From Coriobacteriia bacterium (GTDB lineage Bacteria; Actinomycetota; Coriobacteriia; Coriobacteriales; Eggerthellaceae), in the NCBI GenBank assembly GCA_030540225.1, contig JAUNWQ010000002.1:1-57894 (forward strand): a DNA stretch of 57,894 nt, given 5' to 3'. Shown here piece after piece: positions 18,601 to 27,935 of this stretch; the stretch's first letter is position 1, and each line of letters opens with the position of its first letter. The translations under genes were made by a program, and so were the position numbers. The notes beneath the pieces were generated by a model. It was given only the letters and a program-made list of their open reading frames with translations, did not search any database and was not told the origin of the DNA.

Positions 18601-20546
18601 AACTCCGCCTGGACATGGCTGGATTCCAGCGCTGCGACCTGCTTGCGGTAGCGGTCGCGCGCGAGGAGCGCGGCACCGTAGGCGCCCATGTTGCCCGCGA
18701 TGTCGGGGCGCACGGCATGCACACCCGCGAGCTGCTCGAACGCGCGCAGCACGGCGTCGTTCAAGAACGTGCCGCCCTGAACGATGACCTTCGTGCCCAC
18801 ATCGTGCGGGTCGCGGATCTTGATAACCTTGAACAGCGCATTCTTGATGACCGAGATGGCCAGGCCCGCGGCGATATCGCCCACCGTAGCGCCTTCCTTC
18901 TGCGCCTGCTTCACGCGGGAGTTCATGAACACGGTGCAGCGACTTCCCAGGTCAACGGGGTGTTCCGCATGGATTGCCGTCTTGGCGAATTCGGAAACGT
19001 CCAGGTTCAGGCCCGTCGCGAAGCTCTCGATGAAGCTGCCGCAACCCGACGAGCACGCCTCGTTCAGCATGATATGGTCGATCACGCCGTCTTTCACGCG
19101 CAGGCACTTCATGTCCTGGCCGCCGATATCGAGGATGAATTCCACGCCCGGAAGCATCTGCTGAGCGCCGCGCAGGTGCGCGACCGTCTCGATCTCGCCC
19201 GAGTCGACGCGCAGCGCCTCAAGGAGCAGCGCTTCGCCGTAGCCAGTGACCGTGGCATGCCCGATGGTGATGAGCGGTTCGCCCGTCTCGGCATCGACCG
19301 GCATGTCGTTGTAGAGCTTGGCGATGGCTGCCTTCGCGCACCCGAGCACGTCGCCCTTGTTCGACACGTAGTGCGACCAGAGCAGGCTGCCCTTCTCGTC
19401 GATGAGCGTCGCCTTGAACGTGGTCGAGCCCGCGTCGATGCCCAGATAGGCAACGCCTGTGTAATCCATGAGGCTCTCGCGCTTCACGCACTCGGCGGCA
19501 TGGCGCTCCTTGAACTCGTCGAGCTCGGCGTCGCTTGCGAACAGCGGAGGCAGGCGCACGACCTCGGAGCCCTGGATGTCGCCCAGATTCTTCAGGCGAT
19601 CGAGCACGTCGGAGAGCTTCTCGGCGCGCACGGTCGAGCTCGCCGCGCCCGCGATGGCGCAGCCGCTTGCCACGAACAGGTGCGCGTTGTCGGGCACGAT
19701 GCGGTGCTCCTCGTCGAGCTCGAGCGTCTCATAGAAGCGTTTGCGCAGTTCGGGAAGGTATTGCAGCGGACCGCCCAAAAACGCCACGTAGCCGCGGATA
19801 GGTCGGCCGCATGCGAGGCCGGAAATGGTCTGCGTCACGACGGACTGGAAGATGGACGCGGCGATGTCCTCCTTGCGCGCGCCCTCGTTCAAAAGCGGCT
19901 GCACGTCGGTCTTCGCGAACACGCCGCAGCGCGAGGCGATGGGATAGATGGTGGTCGCGTTCTGCGCGAGCTCGTTCAAGCCGCCCGCATCGGTGTTCAA
20001 AAGCGCCGCCATCTGGTCGATGAATGCGCCGGTGCCGCCCGCGCACGTGCCGTTCATGCGCTGCTCGATGCCGTTGTCGAAGTAGATGATCTTCGCGTCC
20101 TCGCCGCCGAGCTCGATGGCCACGTCGGTTTTGGGAATGAAGGTCTCGACCGCGGTTTTGCTCGCGATGACCTCCTGCACGAACTCGATGCCGAGCCACT
20201 GGGCCAAAAGCAGGCCACCCGAGCCAGTGATGGCGATCGTCATGCGCTCATCGCCGAAGCCTTCGGCGGCCTCGGAGAGCACTTCCACGATCGTTGCGCG
20301 CACGTCAGCGTGATGACGGCGGTAAACCGAGTACTTGACCTGGTTGTTTTCGTCCAAGATGGCAAGCTTCACCGTCGTCGAGCCGACATCGATGCCGATA
20401 TGGAGCGCGTCCTTCACGACGGGTTCCCCAACCGGAGTCGCGTCAACCGTCGTGGTGCGGGGCGCGCAACCCTCGCCCGAGCATGCACCAAGCGACGCCT
20501 TCTCGTCCGCCGTCAATTCCTGATTGTTCATGTTTTCGTCTTCCAT
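15672..20546 (-). CDS. CoA-substrate-specific enzyme activase / 2-hydroxyacyl-CoA dehydratase-related multidomain protein (two BadF/BadG/BcrA/BcrD ATPase domains, DUF2229, dehydratase-like C-terminus)
   Basis: [10 protein letters not shown] and [10 protein letters not shown]; [10 protein letters not shown] and [10 protein letters not shown]; CKGCSNAC; ICYP; [10 protein letters not shown]; MGEGW; QPFACLPNH. Confidence 0.9.
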   Translation of the reverse strand: MEDENMNNQELTADEKASLGACSGEGCAPRTTTVDATPVGEPVVKDALHIGIDVGSTTVKLAILDENNQVKYSVYRRHHADVRATIVEVLSEAAEGFGDERMTIAITGSGGLLLAQWLGIEFVQEVIASKTAVETFIPKTDVAIELGGEDAKIIYFDNGIEQRMNGTCAGGTGAFIDQMAALLNTDAGGLNELAQNATTIYPIASRCGVFAKTDVQPLLNEGARKEDIAASIFQSVVTQTISGLACGRPIRGYVAFLGGPLQYLPELRKRFYETLELDEEHRIVPDNAHLFVASGCAIAGAASSTVRAEKLSDVLDRLKNLGDIQGSEVVRLPPLFASDAELDEFKERHAAECVKRESLMDYTGVAYLGIDAGSTTFKATLIDEKGSLLWSHYVSNKGDVLGCAKAAIAKLYNDMPVDAETGEPLITIGHATVTGYGEALLLEALRVDSGEIETVAHLRGAQQMLPGVEFILDIGGQDMKCLRVKDGVIDHIMLNEACSSGCGSFIESFATGLNLDVSEFAKTAIHAEHPVDLGSRCTVFMNSRVKQAQKEGATVGDIAAGLAISVIKNALFKVIKIRDPHDVGTKVIVQGGTFLNDAVLRAFEQLAGVHAVRPDIAGNMGAYGAALLARDRYRKQVAALESSHVQAEFNPEQAKESTAELAHALNSDQAEAADERSEGCAASERSSSAASAAPQVESASAAPQVKSTLLSLEQIESLAPTHKTVRCKGCSNACLLTVNDFGKDENTGKHRRFITGNRCEKGAGALDKKSQQVPNLFEYKSKRLFDHYMPLSADKAPRGTVGIPRALNMYENYPFWFTFFTKLGWRVVLSDPSTKKTYEAGIESMPSESVCYPAKLSHGHIMNLLDKHPDFIWFPCSKWERQEDDTAGNHFNCPIVASYAEALRLNIDELRESSTQFLNPWLPYDKKEHLKKRLMVELIEAYPELMGEGVSAPTQAEVDAAVDAAWAEDEAFKRDMRVKGTETLKWMEETGTHGIVLAGRPYHNDPEINHAIPELLTSFGLAVLTEDSIAHLGTLERPIRLVDQWMYHTRLYAAAKVATERRDLDLIQLNSFGCGLDALTTDQVQEILESAGKVYTVLKIDEVSNLGAARIRVRSLLAALKDQADEEAERTATPASCPACDIEISPDAVPDAFNEKAAPEAQERMRQREGADTEFPRAVFTEEMKEQGYTILAPQMAPYHFELLVPIFSRFGYNVELLPSVDHGAVDAGLKYVNNDICYPSILVTGQIMEAVMSGRYDTDKLAVLITQTGGGCRATNYISLIRKALKAVGLAHIPVIAISFKDLGEHNPGFKITPKMLLQAVYALQYGDVLMQCLYRTRPYEVEPGSANRLFDHWMATCKGQLETGESYGRFKRTIRQIVEDFDTLPLQGEGTKPRVGVVGEILVKFHPTANNQIVDVIEREGCEAVVPGLIEFFLFGVAGGIFQKDPLGRSSKGALGSKVALSAIKKFRAPVNKALAESSRFNPPANIYELAEYASEILSLCNSMGEGWLLTAEMVELIKTGAPNVVCTQPFACLPNHVVGKAVIKELRRRYPESNIVAVDYDPGASEVNQLNRIKLMISVAKANLAEKESEARAARDTFVNADGSHGKAQDAGKLEVETELA
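18427..18480. repeat. 27-bp tandem duplication inside the activase linker (ASAAPQVxS twice)
   Basis: gatttgacctggggagcggcggaagcc / gattcaacctgcggggcggcggaagcc. Confidence 0.8.
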
Positions 20547-20561
20547 CGTTATCGCCTTCGC

Positions 20562-21188
20562 TTACAGCTTGATCGGATCGCCCGGTTTGATGAAGAAGAG
20601 CTTCATCGCGATAAGTGCCATGTCCTGGGAACTCTCGCGCATGCCCGTTTCGACCCAACGTGTGATGACGCCCAGATACGCGCTCGCATAGAACGAGACG
20701 TAATATTGCACGAACGGCTCGGGATTGTTGCGGTAGCGCTCGTGCAGGATGGTCTGGATGATTTCGGTGCACAGCGCATCGCGCACGCGGGGGCCGAAGC
20801 TCGGGTCGCCCTTGGGGCCCATCACCGCATGTAGGAAGTCGCCCTGTTCGCGCAGGCAGTCGAACAGTTCCACCAAAAAGGGCATCGGGCGCTTGCTCAC
20901 GCGGTAGCGCATGACGTCCTTCAGGCCGATCGTCTGCATCTTTGCCTGAAGAGCCTCGAGGTCGGCCATGATGTCTCCCTCGAGCGCGCGAAGCAGCCCG
21001 TCTTTGTCGCCGAAGATGTTGTAGAGCGTGCCGCGGTTGAGCCCCGCGCGAGCGCACAGGTCGCTTGCGGAGAACCCGTCGAGCCCGCATTCCTCCGTCA
21101 GCTCGATGAAGGCCTCGCGCAGCGCCTGCTTCGAGCGCGTGATCCGCCGATCTTCGGAAGCGACGCCTTCGTTCACCGAACACGTCAT
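20562..21188 (-). CDS. TetR/AcrR family transcriptional regulator
   Basis: DRRITRSKQALREAF..SASDLCARAGLNRGTLY. Start at ATG 21188 with a GGAG RBS. Confidence 0.9.
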   Translation of the reverse strand: MTCSVNEGVASEDRRITRSKQALREAFIELTEECGLDGFSASDLCARAGLNRGTLYNIFGDKDGLLRALEGDIMADLEALQAKMQTIGLKDVMRYRVSKRPMPFLVELFDCLREQGDFLHAVMGPKGDPSFGPRVRDALCTEIIQTILHERYRNNPEPFVQYYVSFYASAYLGVITRWVETGMRESSQDMALIAMKLFFIKPGDPIKL

Positions 21189-21223
21189 AAGCTCCACCCC
21201 CCATTCAACAATCCGACCAATAA

Positions 21224-21238
21224 TAAACAAATTGTTCA
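21224..21238. promoter_or_regulatory. Candidate TetR operator
   Basis: AACAA-a-TTGTT palindrome in an AT-rich stretch just upstream of tetR. Confidence 0.45.
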
Positions 21239-21490
21239 ATAGCGTGATTGTAGCGAGCAGACACGCGAATGGCAACGGATGCGTGCCCTGTTTACACAGG
21301 TTTTGCTGGAAAAACATGAGCCGACCAAGGCGCAGCCAAATCACCTTCCCCCGCCGCGCCAAATCAGCGCCGTTTTTCCCGCTAAAACGATAACGGCTGC
21401 CGTTTCCCCTCCGAAAAAAGGTATCCTGTTCGAAGAAATCAACAGCCCACGCGCAATTCAAAACGCCCATTCGCGAGAGGGAGAGTATCT

Positions 21491-22855
21491 ATGCAAATCA
21501 CACCTGCCGAAATCGCCGAAACCCTGGCGATGGTGAACAAGGAGCACCTCGATATCCGAACGATCACGCTCGGACTGAACCTGCGAGGATGCACCGATTC
21601 GGACGTCAACACGATGGCCCGCAAGGTCTACGACCGCATGACCACCGCAGCCGAGCAGCTCGTTCCCACCGCCGAACAGCTCGAGCGCGAATACGGCATC
21701 CCCATCGTAAACAAGCGCATCTCGGTGACGCCCATCGCCGAGATCTGCGCGGCGACCGACGCCCGCGACCTGTCGCCTATCGCTGTGGCCATGGACAAGG
21801 CCGCGAAGGTCGTCGGCGTCGACTTCGTCGGCGGCTTCTCCGCCCTCGTGCACAAGGGCGCGTCGCGCGCGGACAACAACCTCATGGACTCCATCCCCGA
21901 CGCCCTCGCCGCGACCGACTTCGTGTGCTCGAGCGTGAACGTGGGCTCGACGCGCGCGGGCATCAACATGGACGCTGCCTTCAAGATGGCGGGCATTGTG
22001 AAGAAGACCGCCGAAGCAACCGCCGACCGCCAGTGCATCGGCGCAGGTAAACTGGTCGTTTTCTGCAATGCCGTGGAGGACAATCCCTTCATGGCGGGCG
22101 CGTTCCATGGTTCGGGCGAGGCCGACGCCGTCGTGAACGTGGGCGTTTCGGGCCCGGGCGTTGTGCGTTCGGTGCTCGCTAACATGCCGAAAGACGCCGA
22201 CATGACCGCCATCTCGGAAGCGATCAAGGCGACCGTCTTCAAGATCACGCGCGCGGGCGAACTCATGGCTCGCGAGGCGAGCAAGCGCCTGGGCGTGACG
22301 AAGGGCATCCTCGATTTGTCGCTCGCGCCGACGCCGGCCGAGGGCGACTCAGTCGCGGAGATCTTGGAAACCATCGGCGTCGGAAAGTGCGGCGGTCCGG
22401 GCACTACGGCGGCGCTTGCCATGCTCAACGACGCGGTGAAGAAGGGCGGCGTCATGGCATCGTCGAGCGTCGGCGGGCTTTCGGGCGCGTTCATTCCCGT
22501 GTCGGAAGATGCCGGCATGATCCGCGCAGCCGAGGCAGGCGCCCTTTCCCTTGAGAAGCTCGAGGCCATGACCTGCGTCTGCAGCGTGGGCCTCGATATG
22601 ATCGCCATCCCGGGCGACACCTCGGTGGAAACGATCTTCGGCATCATCGCCGACGAGTGCGCCATCGGCATGATCAACAACAAGACCACCGCCGTGCGCG
22701 TCATCCCCGCCATCGGCAAGAAGGTCGGCGACCGACTGGAATTCGGCGGCCTTCTGGGATACGCCCCCGTCATGCCCGTGAACGGGCACGCCGGCACCGT
22801 CTTCGCCCACCGCGGAGGCCGCATGCCCGCCCCGATCAACAGCTTGAAGAACTAG
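21491..22855 (+). CDS. DUF711 / UPF0210 (PFL-like family) protein
   Basis: [67 protein letters not shown]. Confidence 0.92.
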   Translation: MQITPAEIAETLAMVNKEHLDIRTITLGLNLRGCTDSDVNTMARKVYDRMTTAAEQLVPTAEQLEREYGIPIVNKRISVTPIAEICAATDARDLSPIAVAMDKAAKVVGVDFVGGFSALVHKGASRADNNLMDSIPDALAATDFVCSSVNVGSTRAGINMDAAFKMAGIVKKTAEATADRQCIGAGKLVVFCNAVEDNPFMAGAFHGSGEADAVVNVGVSGPGVVRSVLANMPKDADMTAISEAIKATVFKITRAGELMAREASKRLGVTKGILDLSLAPTPAEGDSVAEILETIGVGKCGGPGTTAALAMLNDAVKKGGVMASSSVGGLSGAFIPVSEDAGMIRAAEAGALSLEKLEAMTCVCSVGLDMIAIPGDTSVETIFGIIADECAIGMINNKTTAVRVIPAIGKKVGDRLEFGGLLGYAPVMPVNGHAGTVFAHRGGRMPAPINSLKN

Positions 22856-22955
22856 CGATTCGGCAGATTACCCGTTCTCATACTATGCGCCTAAGCGAGC
22901 ACGCCCCTTCTCAATGATTTCCCAAACAGGGGCTTTGGAAGATATAACAAAAACG

Positions 22956-22994
22956 ATGCGGGGCTCGTCGGAATTCCGACGAGCCCCGCATTTT
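22956..22994. terminator. Perfect 36-bp palindrome; probable bidirectional terminator
   Basis: ATGCGGGGCTCGTCGGAATTCCGACGAGCCCCGCAT flanked by A and T runs. Confidence 0.75.
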
Positions 22995-23004
22995 GTACCA
23001 TGAG

Positions 23005-23155
23005 CATACAATTCTTACGTAGTCATCGTACTCGGCTTGAGCGAAAGACTCGATAAGATAAGTTTTGCCAGTCTGACGGGCGCCATCGACCAGCAAGACC
23101 TTTCTCCTCGCACTGCTCTTCCATCGCTTCAAACTGTCGCAAGTCGCTCAAGCAT
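23005..23155 (-). pseudogene. 5' remnant of an AAA_14/DUF4143-type ATP-binding protein
   Basis: GAGG RBS and ATG 23155 (MLERLAT), then a frameshift into LKRWK...VLLVDGARQTGKTYLI (Walker A). Similarity ends after about 50 codons. Confidence 0.8.
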
Positions 23156-23172
23156 AGCGTCCTCTATCCCGT

Positions 23173-23254
23173 TGCCTCTAACTCAACCGATTTTTAATTA
23201 ATTATGCCTCTAAATCAACTAAATATTTCGTCCAAATGCCTCTAATTCAGCTAA
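23173..23254. repeat. Three 18-bp direct repeats at exact 32-bp spacing
   Basis: TGCCTCTAACTCAACCGA (23173), TGCCTCTAAATCAACTAA (23205), TGCCTCTAATTCAGCTAA (23237). Confidence 0.85.
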
Positions 23255-23415
23255 TTGCGTTCAGACAACGAATCGCTTGTCCGCGCCCGATCGTGAGCGC
23301 CCGCAATTTTTACATGCCCTATAGCGACAGGGCATCGATGACCTTGTCTTGTTCGCGAGAAAGGGTGCCGCATGACGACGGAAAAGAAATGCGTCGCTGG
23401 GCAAAACGGCCATTG

Positions 23416-23434
23416 CTGTTCAACCGTTGAACAG
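23416..23434. promoter_or_regulatory. MerR-type operator palindrome
   Basis: Perfect CTGTTCAAC-c-GTTGAACAG overlapping a TTGCTG -35-like hexamer, upstream of the MerR gene. Confidence 0.65.
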
Positions 23435-23461
23435 GTTAGCTGTAAGAAAGGAGGGCAGGGA

Positions 23462-24220
23462 ATGCGTGACGAACTTGCAGGTGGCTGGAAAGTTTCCCAG
23501 GTTGAAGCTCTCACCGGCTTGTCTCGCCGCGATATTCAGCGCGTGTGTTACGAGGGTCCAGGTGGAATCGGAATCGTCAGTCCACGCAATACCGCATGGG
23601 GCTGGCGCATGTATGAAGTAGCCGACATAGCGAAACTCTTCTTGGTGGCGCAAGCCCGAAGGCGCTCACAAACGCTTGAGGAAGCATGCCGGGGGCTCGC
23701 GCCGAACGAAAGCGAGGCGGACTTGGCATGCGCCCTCGAGTTTTGCGAGCAACGTGCGCTCGATGCTCGCGACGCCGAGACCGGCGCTTTTGCGGCGGCG
23801 CATGCGTTGCGATGCGCGCTTGAACATGGGGACGATTCGGTCTTCGCCAGCTTGATCGACTCGATATTTGGGGAAAGCGCCCAATGCGCATGCGATGTCC
23901 GCACCGCGCTGGAGCTTGCCGCAAAGGGTCTGCTCTCGAACATGCTCGAAAAGATTGCCGATGTTCGCAGGTCAGGCAAGCAACCGAGCTCAAGTGAAGC
24001 GCGGCATGTGTGCATGGCCGCATCGGGGGAATGCGCGCAAGCGTGCGGGTTAGCCTTGCCCGACGCATGCGAGCTGCTTTCCCAGGCAGCAAACGCCCCG
24101 GGCGTAGCACTTTCCTGCGAGCTATGGCTCGGCCCCGCGACGCACTCGTTTGCGAACGCGTCGCTCGAAGCAACGCTGGTCGAAATGGAAGAGGGCGCGC
24201 CCGACGAGCGCGCCGAATAA
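23462..24220 (+). CDS. MerR family transcriptional regulator with a divergent Cys-rich effector region
   Basis: WKVSQVEALTGLSRRDIQ..GIVSPRNTAWGWRMY. AGGAGG RBS before ATG 23462. Confidence 0.7.
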   Translation: MRDELAGGWKVSQVEALTGLSRRDIQRVCYEGPGGIGIVSPRNTAWGWRMYEVADIAKLFLVAQARRRSQTLEEACRGLAPNESEADLACALEFCEQRALDARDAETGAFAAAHALRCALEHGDDSVFASLIDSIFGESAQCACDVRTALELAAKGLLSNMLEKIADVRRSGKQPSSSEARHVCMAASGECAQACGLALPDACELLSQAANAPGVALSCELWLGPATHSFANASLEATLVEMEEGAPDERAE

Positions 24221-24240
24221 CGAGAAAGGGACGGTTACCT

Positions 24241-24975
24241 ATGAGGAAGATGAATCGACTCGCAATGTGCGCACTCGCAGTGGCGGTATCCTGCACGCTC
24301 GCAAGCTGTGCGAGCGCCAATCAGCAAGCCGAAAGCAACGATACGCCTACGCAACAAGCGGCACAAGGGAGCACAACGCCGACCACAGCAGATGCGACGA
24401 CGCTTGACGGAATCATCGACATCATCGAAAGCGATTTCGAGACGACCGAAACCGACATCACAACAGAGCTTGATGATGTCAAAGCGAAGGCGGGTGGCTC
24501 ATACGCCGATTACGCCGAAAACAGCGACATGCTCACGAATTGGCTGGCCGATACGCAGGCTGAAACCGAAGCACTGATTTCGCGCACTGACGAGAATGCC
24601 ACAAAATACTACACGTTGCTCGCTAAGCAAGCGCCCACCATGGACTGGAACGAAATAAGCGATTCCATGACGGCCTTCTACCGCGCAGTGTACGACGACG
24701 CGTTCAGCGATTTATATCGCTCGGTATACACCGATGCGTACAAGGGCGTGTATCGCACGTTTTACGATAGCGTGATGAAGGATGCCTACAATACCGTTTC
24801 CTACAAAGAAGCATCCGACGCGAAAAGTAGCGTGTATCGCGCAATCTCGGATGCTCAAAGCAGTCTGTATCGCACGATATCCGACGCCCAAAGTAATACA
24901 TACCGCACCTATTCCGATGTGCATAGCGAGTTCTACAACGATAACTACGATTTGTCGAAAGTGCTTGGTGATTAG
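24241..24975 (+). CDS. Putative lipoprotein with Tyr-rich 11/12-residue repeats
   Basis: MRKMNRLAMCALAVAVSCTLAS-C lipobox, Thr/Gln linker, YRxxxDA repeats. GAAAGG RBS. Confidence 0.75.
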   Translation: MRKMNRLAMCALAVAVSCTLASCASANQQAESNDTPTQQAAQGSTTPTTADATTLDGIIDIIESDFETTETDITTELDDVKAKAGGSYADYAENSDMLTNWLADTQAETEALISRTDENATKYYTLLAKQAPTMDWNEISDSMTAFYRAVYDDAFSDLYRSVYTDAYKGVYRTFYDSVMKDAYNTVSYKEASDAKSSVYRAISDAQSSLYRTISDAQSNTYRTYSDVHSEFYNDNYDLSKVLGD

Positions 24976-25061
24976 AGCTGGGGTCCATCAACGAAGCGTT
25001 GAATGGGAAGCTCGATTCGCCGCGCCACGCAGGCAATAACCGAAGGCAAGGTACACGTTGC

Positions 25062-25277
25062 TCAGAATTCGATAAGCGCACGCACCTCAACGTCCAGGCT
25101 ATCGGCGATACGACACAGCAAATCGAGCCCGATGCTGACACCGCCGTTCTCGATTTCCCAAATATGCGTTTGGTTCGAGCCAGCCATCAGGGCAAGCTTA
25201 CGCTGGGAGAGGCCTTGCCTCTCCCGCTCGCGTCGAATTGCGGCACCGAGCATTCTTTTGCGTTCGCTTATATCCAT
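25062..25277 (-). CDS. XRE-family helix-turn-helix regulator
   Basis: LGAAIRRERERQGLSQRKLALMAGSNQTHIWEIENG. TACCAT lies 6 nt before the ATG. Confidence 0.85.
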   Translation of the reverse strand: MDISERKRMLGAAIRRERERQGLSQRKLALMAGSNQTHIWEIENGGVSIGLDLLCRIADSLDVEVRALIEF

Positions 25278-25395
25278 GCCTGCATGGTATGGGGTAAAAT
25301 CAAATAGATGATATGCTATAGCAAGTCAAAAGACGAATGGGCAGATGACGCGCATGTAGCGGCTCTGCCCTTTCGTTGCTTGAAGGAGGATAAAA

Positions 25396-25794
25396 ATGAA
25401 GCTGCCCGACGAGAAAAATAAGAACGCTTTTGACGCATGCTCCGAGAAAGCAAACGAGTTCTTGGCTGACCAGGGAAAATTTGATCTGCTGATGAAGGAC
25501 GCAGAAGACGTCGCTTCCGATATTCCGGTTCTTGGCCCTGTCTTATCTGATCTTATGACAATGATTGCTCTCGCGAAAAGCTATATTCATGGAGAGTATC
25601 GTGATATGCCGACGAAGACTGTCATCGCAATTATTGCCACAGCGATTTATGTTGTATCTCCAGTAGATTTAATTCCCGATGCCATTCCCGTCGCAGGATA
25701 TGTCGACGATGCCGCAATGGTTGCGTTTGTATTGCGCCAAATTGGGGAAGACGTCGAGAGCTATCGCGATTGGCGCAATGAGCATGAGGCGTAG
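25396..25794 (+). CDS. YkvA / DUF1232 family membrane protein
   Basis: YVVSPVDLIPDAIPVAGYVDD signature. AAGGAGG RBS. Confidence 0.9.
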   Translation: MKLPDEKNKNAFDACSEKANEFLADQGKFDLLMKDAEDVASDIPVLGPVLSDLMTMIALAKSYIHGEYRDMPTKTVIAIIATAIYVVSPVDLIPDAIPVAGYVDDAAMVAFVLRQIGEDVESYRDWRNEHEA

Positions 25795-25858
25795 ATTTCT
25801 TTGGATGCAATTTTGATCGTTCCGCATAAGGTGCATTGAATTGAACACATCGGAAACT

Positions 25859-27610
25859 ATGGCAAACAGGACCCATTCCAACCGCGACGAGTCCCCAACA
25901 AGGCAACTTGGAATTTATTTCGCCAAGGCCGTCCTTCTTGTTGCGCTAGTATATCTTCTCAGCTTAGCCCTGCCCGCTATGCCTTCGCCTATCGTTGCTT
26001 TATCTTGGATTGTATTCACGCTTATATCGATGCTCGGAATTCTATATCAAGCATCAATTAGCAAAGCCAACAGACAACAGAAATTCGTTGCGGGCGGAAT
26101 TGCAGCACGAATCAACAACGGACGCTCCATCAGGCTCATCATAAGCTTCGTCTTGTCGGCATGGCTTATGGCGAGCCTCTTGCTCGAATCTCCGAAATGG
26201 GATATGGCCGAATGGACGCTTATCTTGGCAGCCATTGCGCTTTATCCGCTTGTAAAATTCATCGTTCGCAGGCGGACGGTTCGCGAATACGAACCCATCT
26301 TCGAAACGGCGGGCACGGTGCTTTGGGCCAGCGTAGCCACAGCCTCGCTATTGTGCATTGGGTATGCTGCCTATAGCGTCTTCGGTTTTGGCGCAGAGCA
26401 ATCGCAGGTAGATTCAACAATATTCGATGCCCTCGTTGCGACGCCTCAACCGTTTGAGAATGCCTCATCAGCGTTGCTGCAAGAGGCGGGAATCGGAATC
26501 TGGATCTCCGATAGCATCATTCACTACGGAATTATGCAGCTTTCCCAAATGCCATGGCAGATTTGCATTGCCATTCGAGTGGCACTGTGCGCAAGCGCAT
26601 TCTTCGGCATAGCGAACCTTTTTGGCGTATGCTCGTTGCCATCGGCCGAGCTACGCAAAGTTTTCATCCCTACCGATGCCATCAAGAATAACGATACTCA
26701 GGAGCCTATAAGAAAACGCTATCTCACATGGACAATCATCCTGTCCGCACTATTGACCGTCGGCTTTCTATGGAGTGACGCTCAAGTGGCCAAAGCCATG
26801 CAAACCGAGAACGGCACTGTGCTGCAATCGCTTGCTCGTCAATTGGCCGGAGAATCGGTCTATATCATCGACGGCAAATACTATGACCAGGCAAAAGTCG
26901 ATGCTTTAGCTTCATCACTCGCCGCCGACCAAACACATTTTCGCAGCATGGCATTCGAACTGAAACGTTCAGCGGAAACCGCCTACGATGCGCTCGACGG
27001 GAATATCGACAGCTTCCTAGATTGGTATTTCAGCATCGCAACAGATGAATCGGTTCGATCGAACATCTCCGCCGACAGTGTGCAACAAGCCTTCGAAGAC
27101 CACTTCTATGCAATTGTTGCGGTAGACGAGGATGAGCAGATTACCCAAGAGACGAAAGACTACCTCCAAGCCGCCTCCGATTTGAGGTCGAAAATCGATG
27201 ATGGTTTTCGCCAGGCTGAAGTCCACGGAGAAAACTTCGCTAACCTACCCAGTTGGTTTGTCGAAGCAAAAGAATTCGCAGATGCATATGCCTTAGATTC
27301 TTGCAGACAACAAGCAGAAGACGCGCTTGACGCCGCACGTGATTGCGGCTTGACAAGCGCTTTCGCCGAAGGGCATTCTCTGCTTGAGTACCAACTTGAA
27401 AAATATGTATACGAGAAGGACCCGTTCAAAACATGGGTCGAAAAGACCGATAGAGCCATCAATGGCGATATTCCCTCCAATATCGATAGCTTTCTATCAA
27501 GTGTCTTTCAAAAAGAGAAGAGCAGCTATTGTTCCGACGTAAAGGAACAACTTGAGAAGTGCCGCGAGGAAACCCTAGCGCTCGTAGCAGGCATCGCGAT
27601 ACTAGAATAG
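25859..27610 (+). CDS. Hypothetical polytopic membrane protein with a soluble helical C-terminal region
   Basis: Long open frame with about 7 hydrophobic segments in the N-terminal half. No family recognised; start (ATG 25859 or TTG 25841) uncertain. Confidence 0.7.
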   Translation: MANRTHSNRDESPTRQLGIYFAKAVLLVALVYLLSLALPAMPSPIVALSWIVFTLISMLGILYQASISKANRQQKFVAGGIAARINNGRSIRLIISFVLSAWLMASLLLESPKWDMAEWTLILAAIALYPLVKFIVRRRTVREYEPIFETAGTVLWASVATASLLCIGYAAYSVFGFGAEQSQVDSTIFDALVATPQPFENASSALLQEAGIGIWISDSIIHYGIMQLSQMPWQICIAIRVALCASAFFGIANLFGVCSLPSAELRKVFIPTDAIKNNDTQEPIRKRYLTWTIILSALLTVGFLWSDAQVAKAMQTENGTVLQSLARQLAGESVYIIDGKYYDQAKVDALASSLAADQTHFRSMAFELKRSAETAYDALDGNIDSFLDWYFSIATDESVRSNISADSVQQAFEDHFYAIVAVDEDEQITQETKDYLQAASDLRSKIDDGFRQAEVHGENFANLPSWFVEAKEFADAYALDSCRQQAEDALDAARDCGLTSAFAEGHSLLEYQLEKYVYEKDPFKTWVEKTDRAINGDIPSNIDSFLSSVFQKEKSSYCSDVKEQLEKCREETLALVAGIAILE

Positions 27611-27643
27611 CAAGCATCGCGATGCCCAGCTTCGCACCATTTC

Positions 27644-27928
27644 CTATCGAAACCGCAGCACGTATCCGCAGGTTGGGGGTAGATGCTTGCCAAACGTTAC
27701 CGTTGCGGGGGTAAGATGCCGGCAGCGCTCGCATCGCGTAAAGCGCTCATCGTACACGCGGCACAACCGCGAGTCCTCGTCGAGAAACTCGCACGGCGCC
27801 GAGAAGTCGATGCCGACAAAGCCGTCTTCACCGACTTCCCGCTCGTAGCAGCACATCCCGCAACGCAGGCAAGCATCGTCCCACGAACCGTCGAACCACG
27901 CCCGCAGCGCTGCAATCGGCTTCGGCAT
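27644..27928 (-). CDS. Small CxxCxxCC (YkgJ-like) Zn/Fe-chelating protein
   Basis: CLRCGMCC, PCEFLD....CRVYDERF..CERC, LPPTCGY. Confidence 0.75.
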   Translation of the reverse strand: MPKPIAALRAWFDGSWDDACLRCGMCCYEREVGEDGFVGIDFSAPCEFLDEDSRLCRVYDERFTRCERCRHLTPATVTFGKHLPPTCGYVLRFR

Positions 27929-27935
27929 CGTCCGG

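Noticed and set aside
21240-21490. ACT-domain (UPF0237) partner gene expected before DUF711
   Set aside because: No such ORF found; the region appears to be divergent promoter DNA.
23173-23254. Possible mini-CRISPR array
   Set aside because: Repeats of 18 bp and spacers of 14 bp are too short, and there are no cas genes; kept as phased binding-site repeats.
27591-27623. GCATCGCGAT duplicated around the membrane-protein stop codon as an islet att site
   Set aside because: Only 10 bp, and no matching copy was found at the left edge of the islet.
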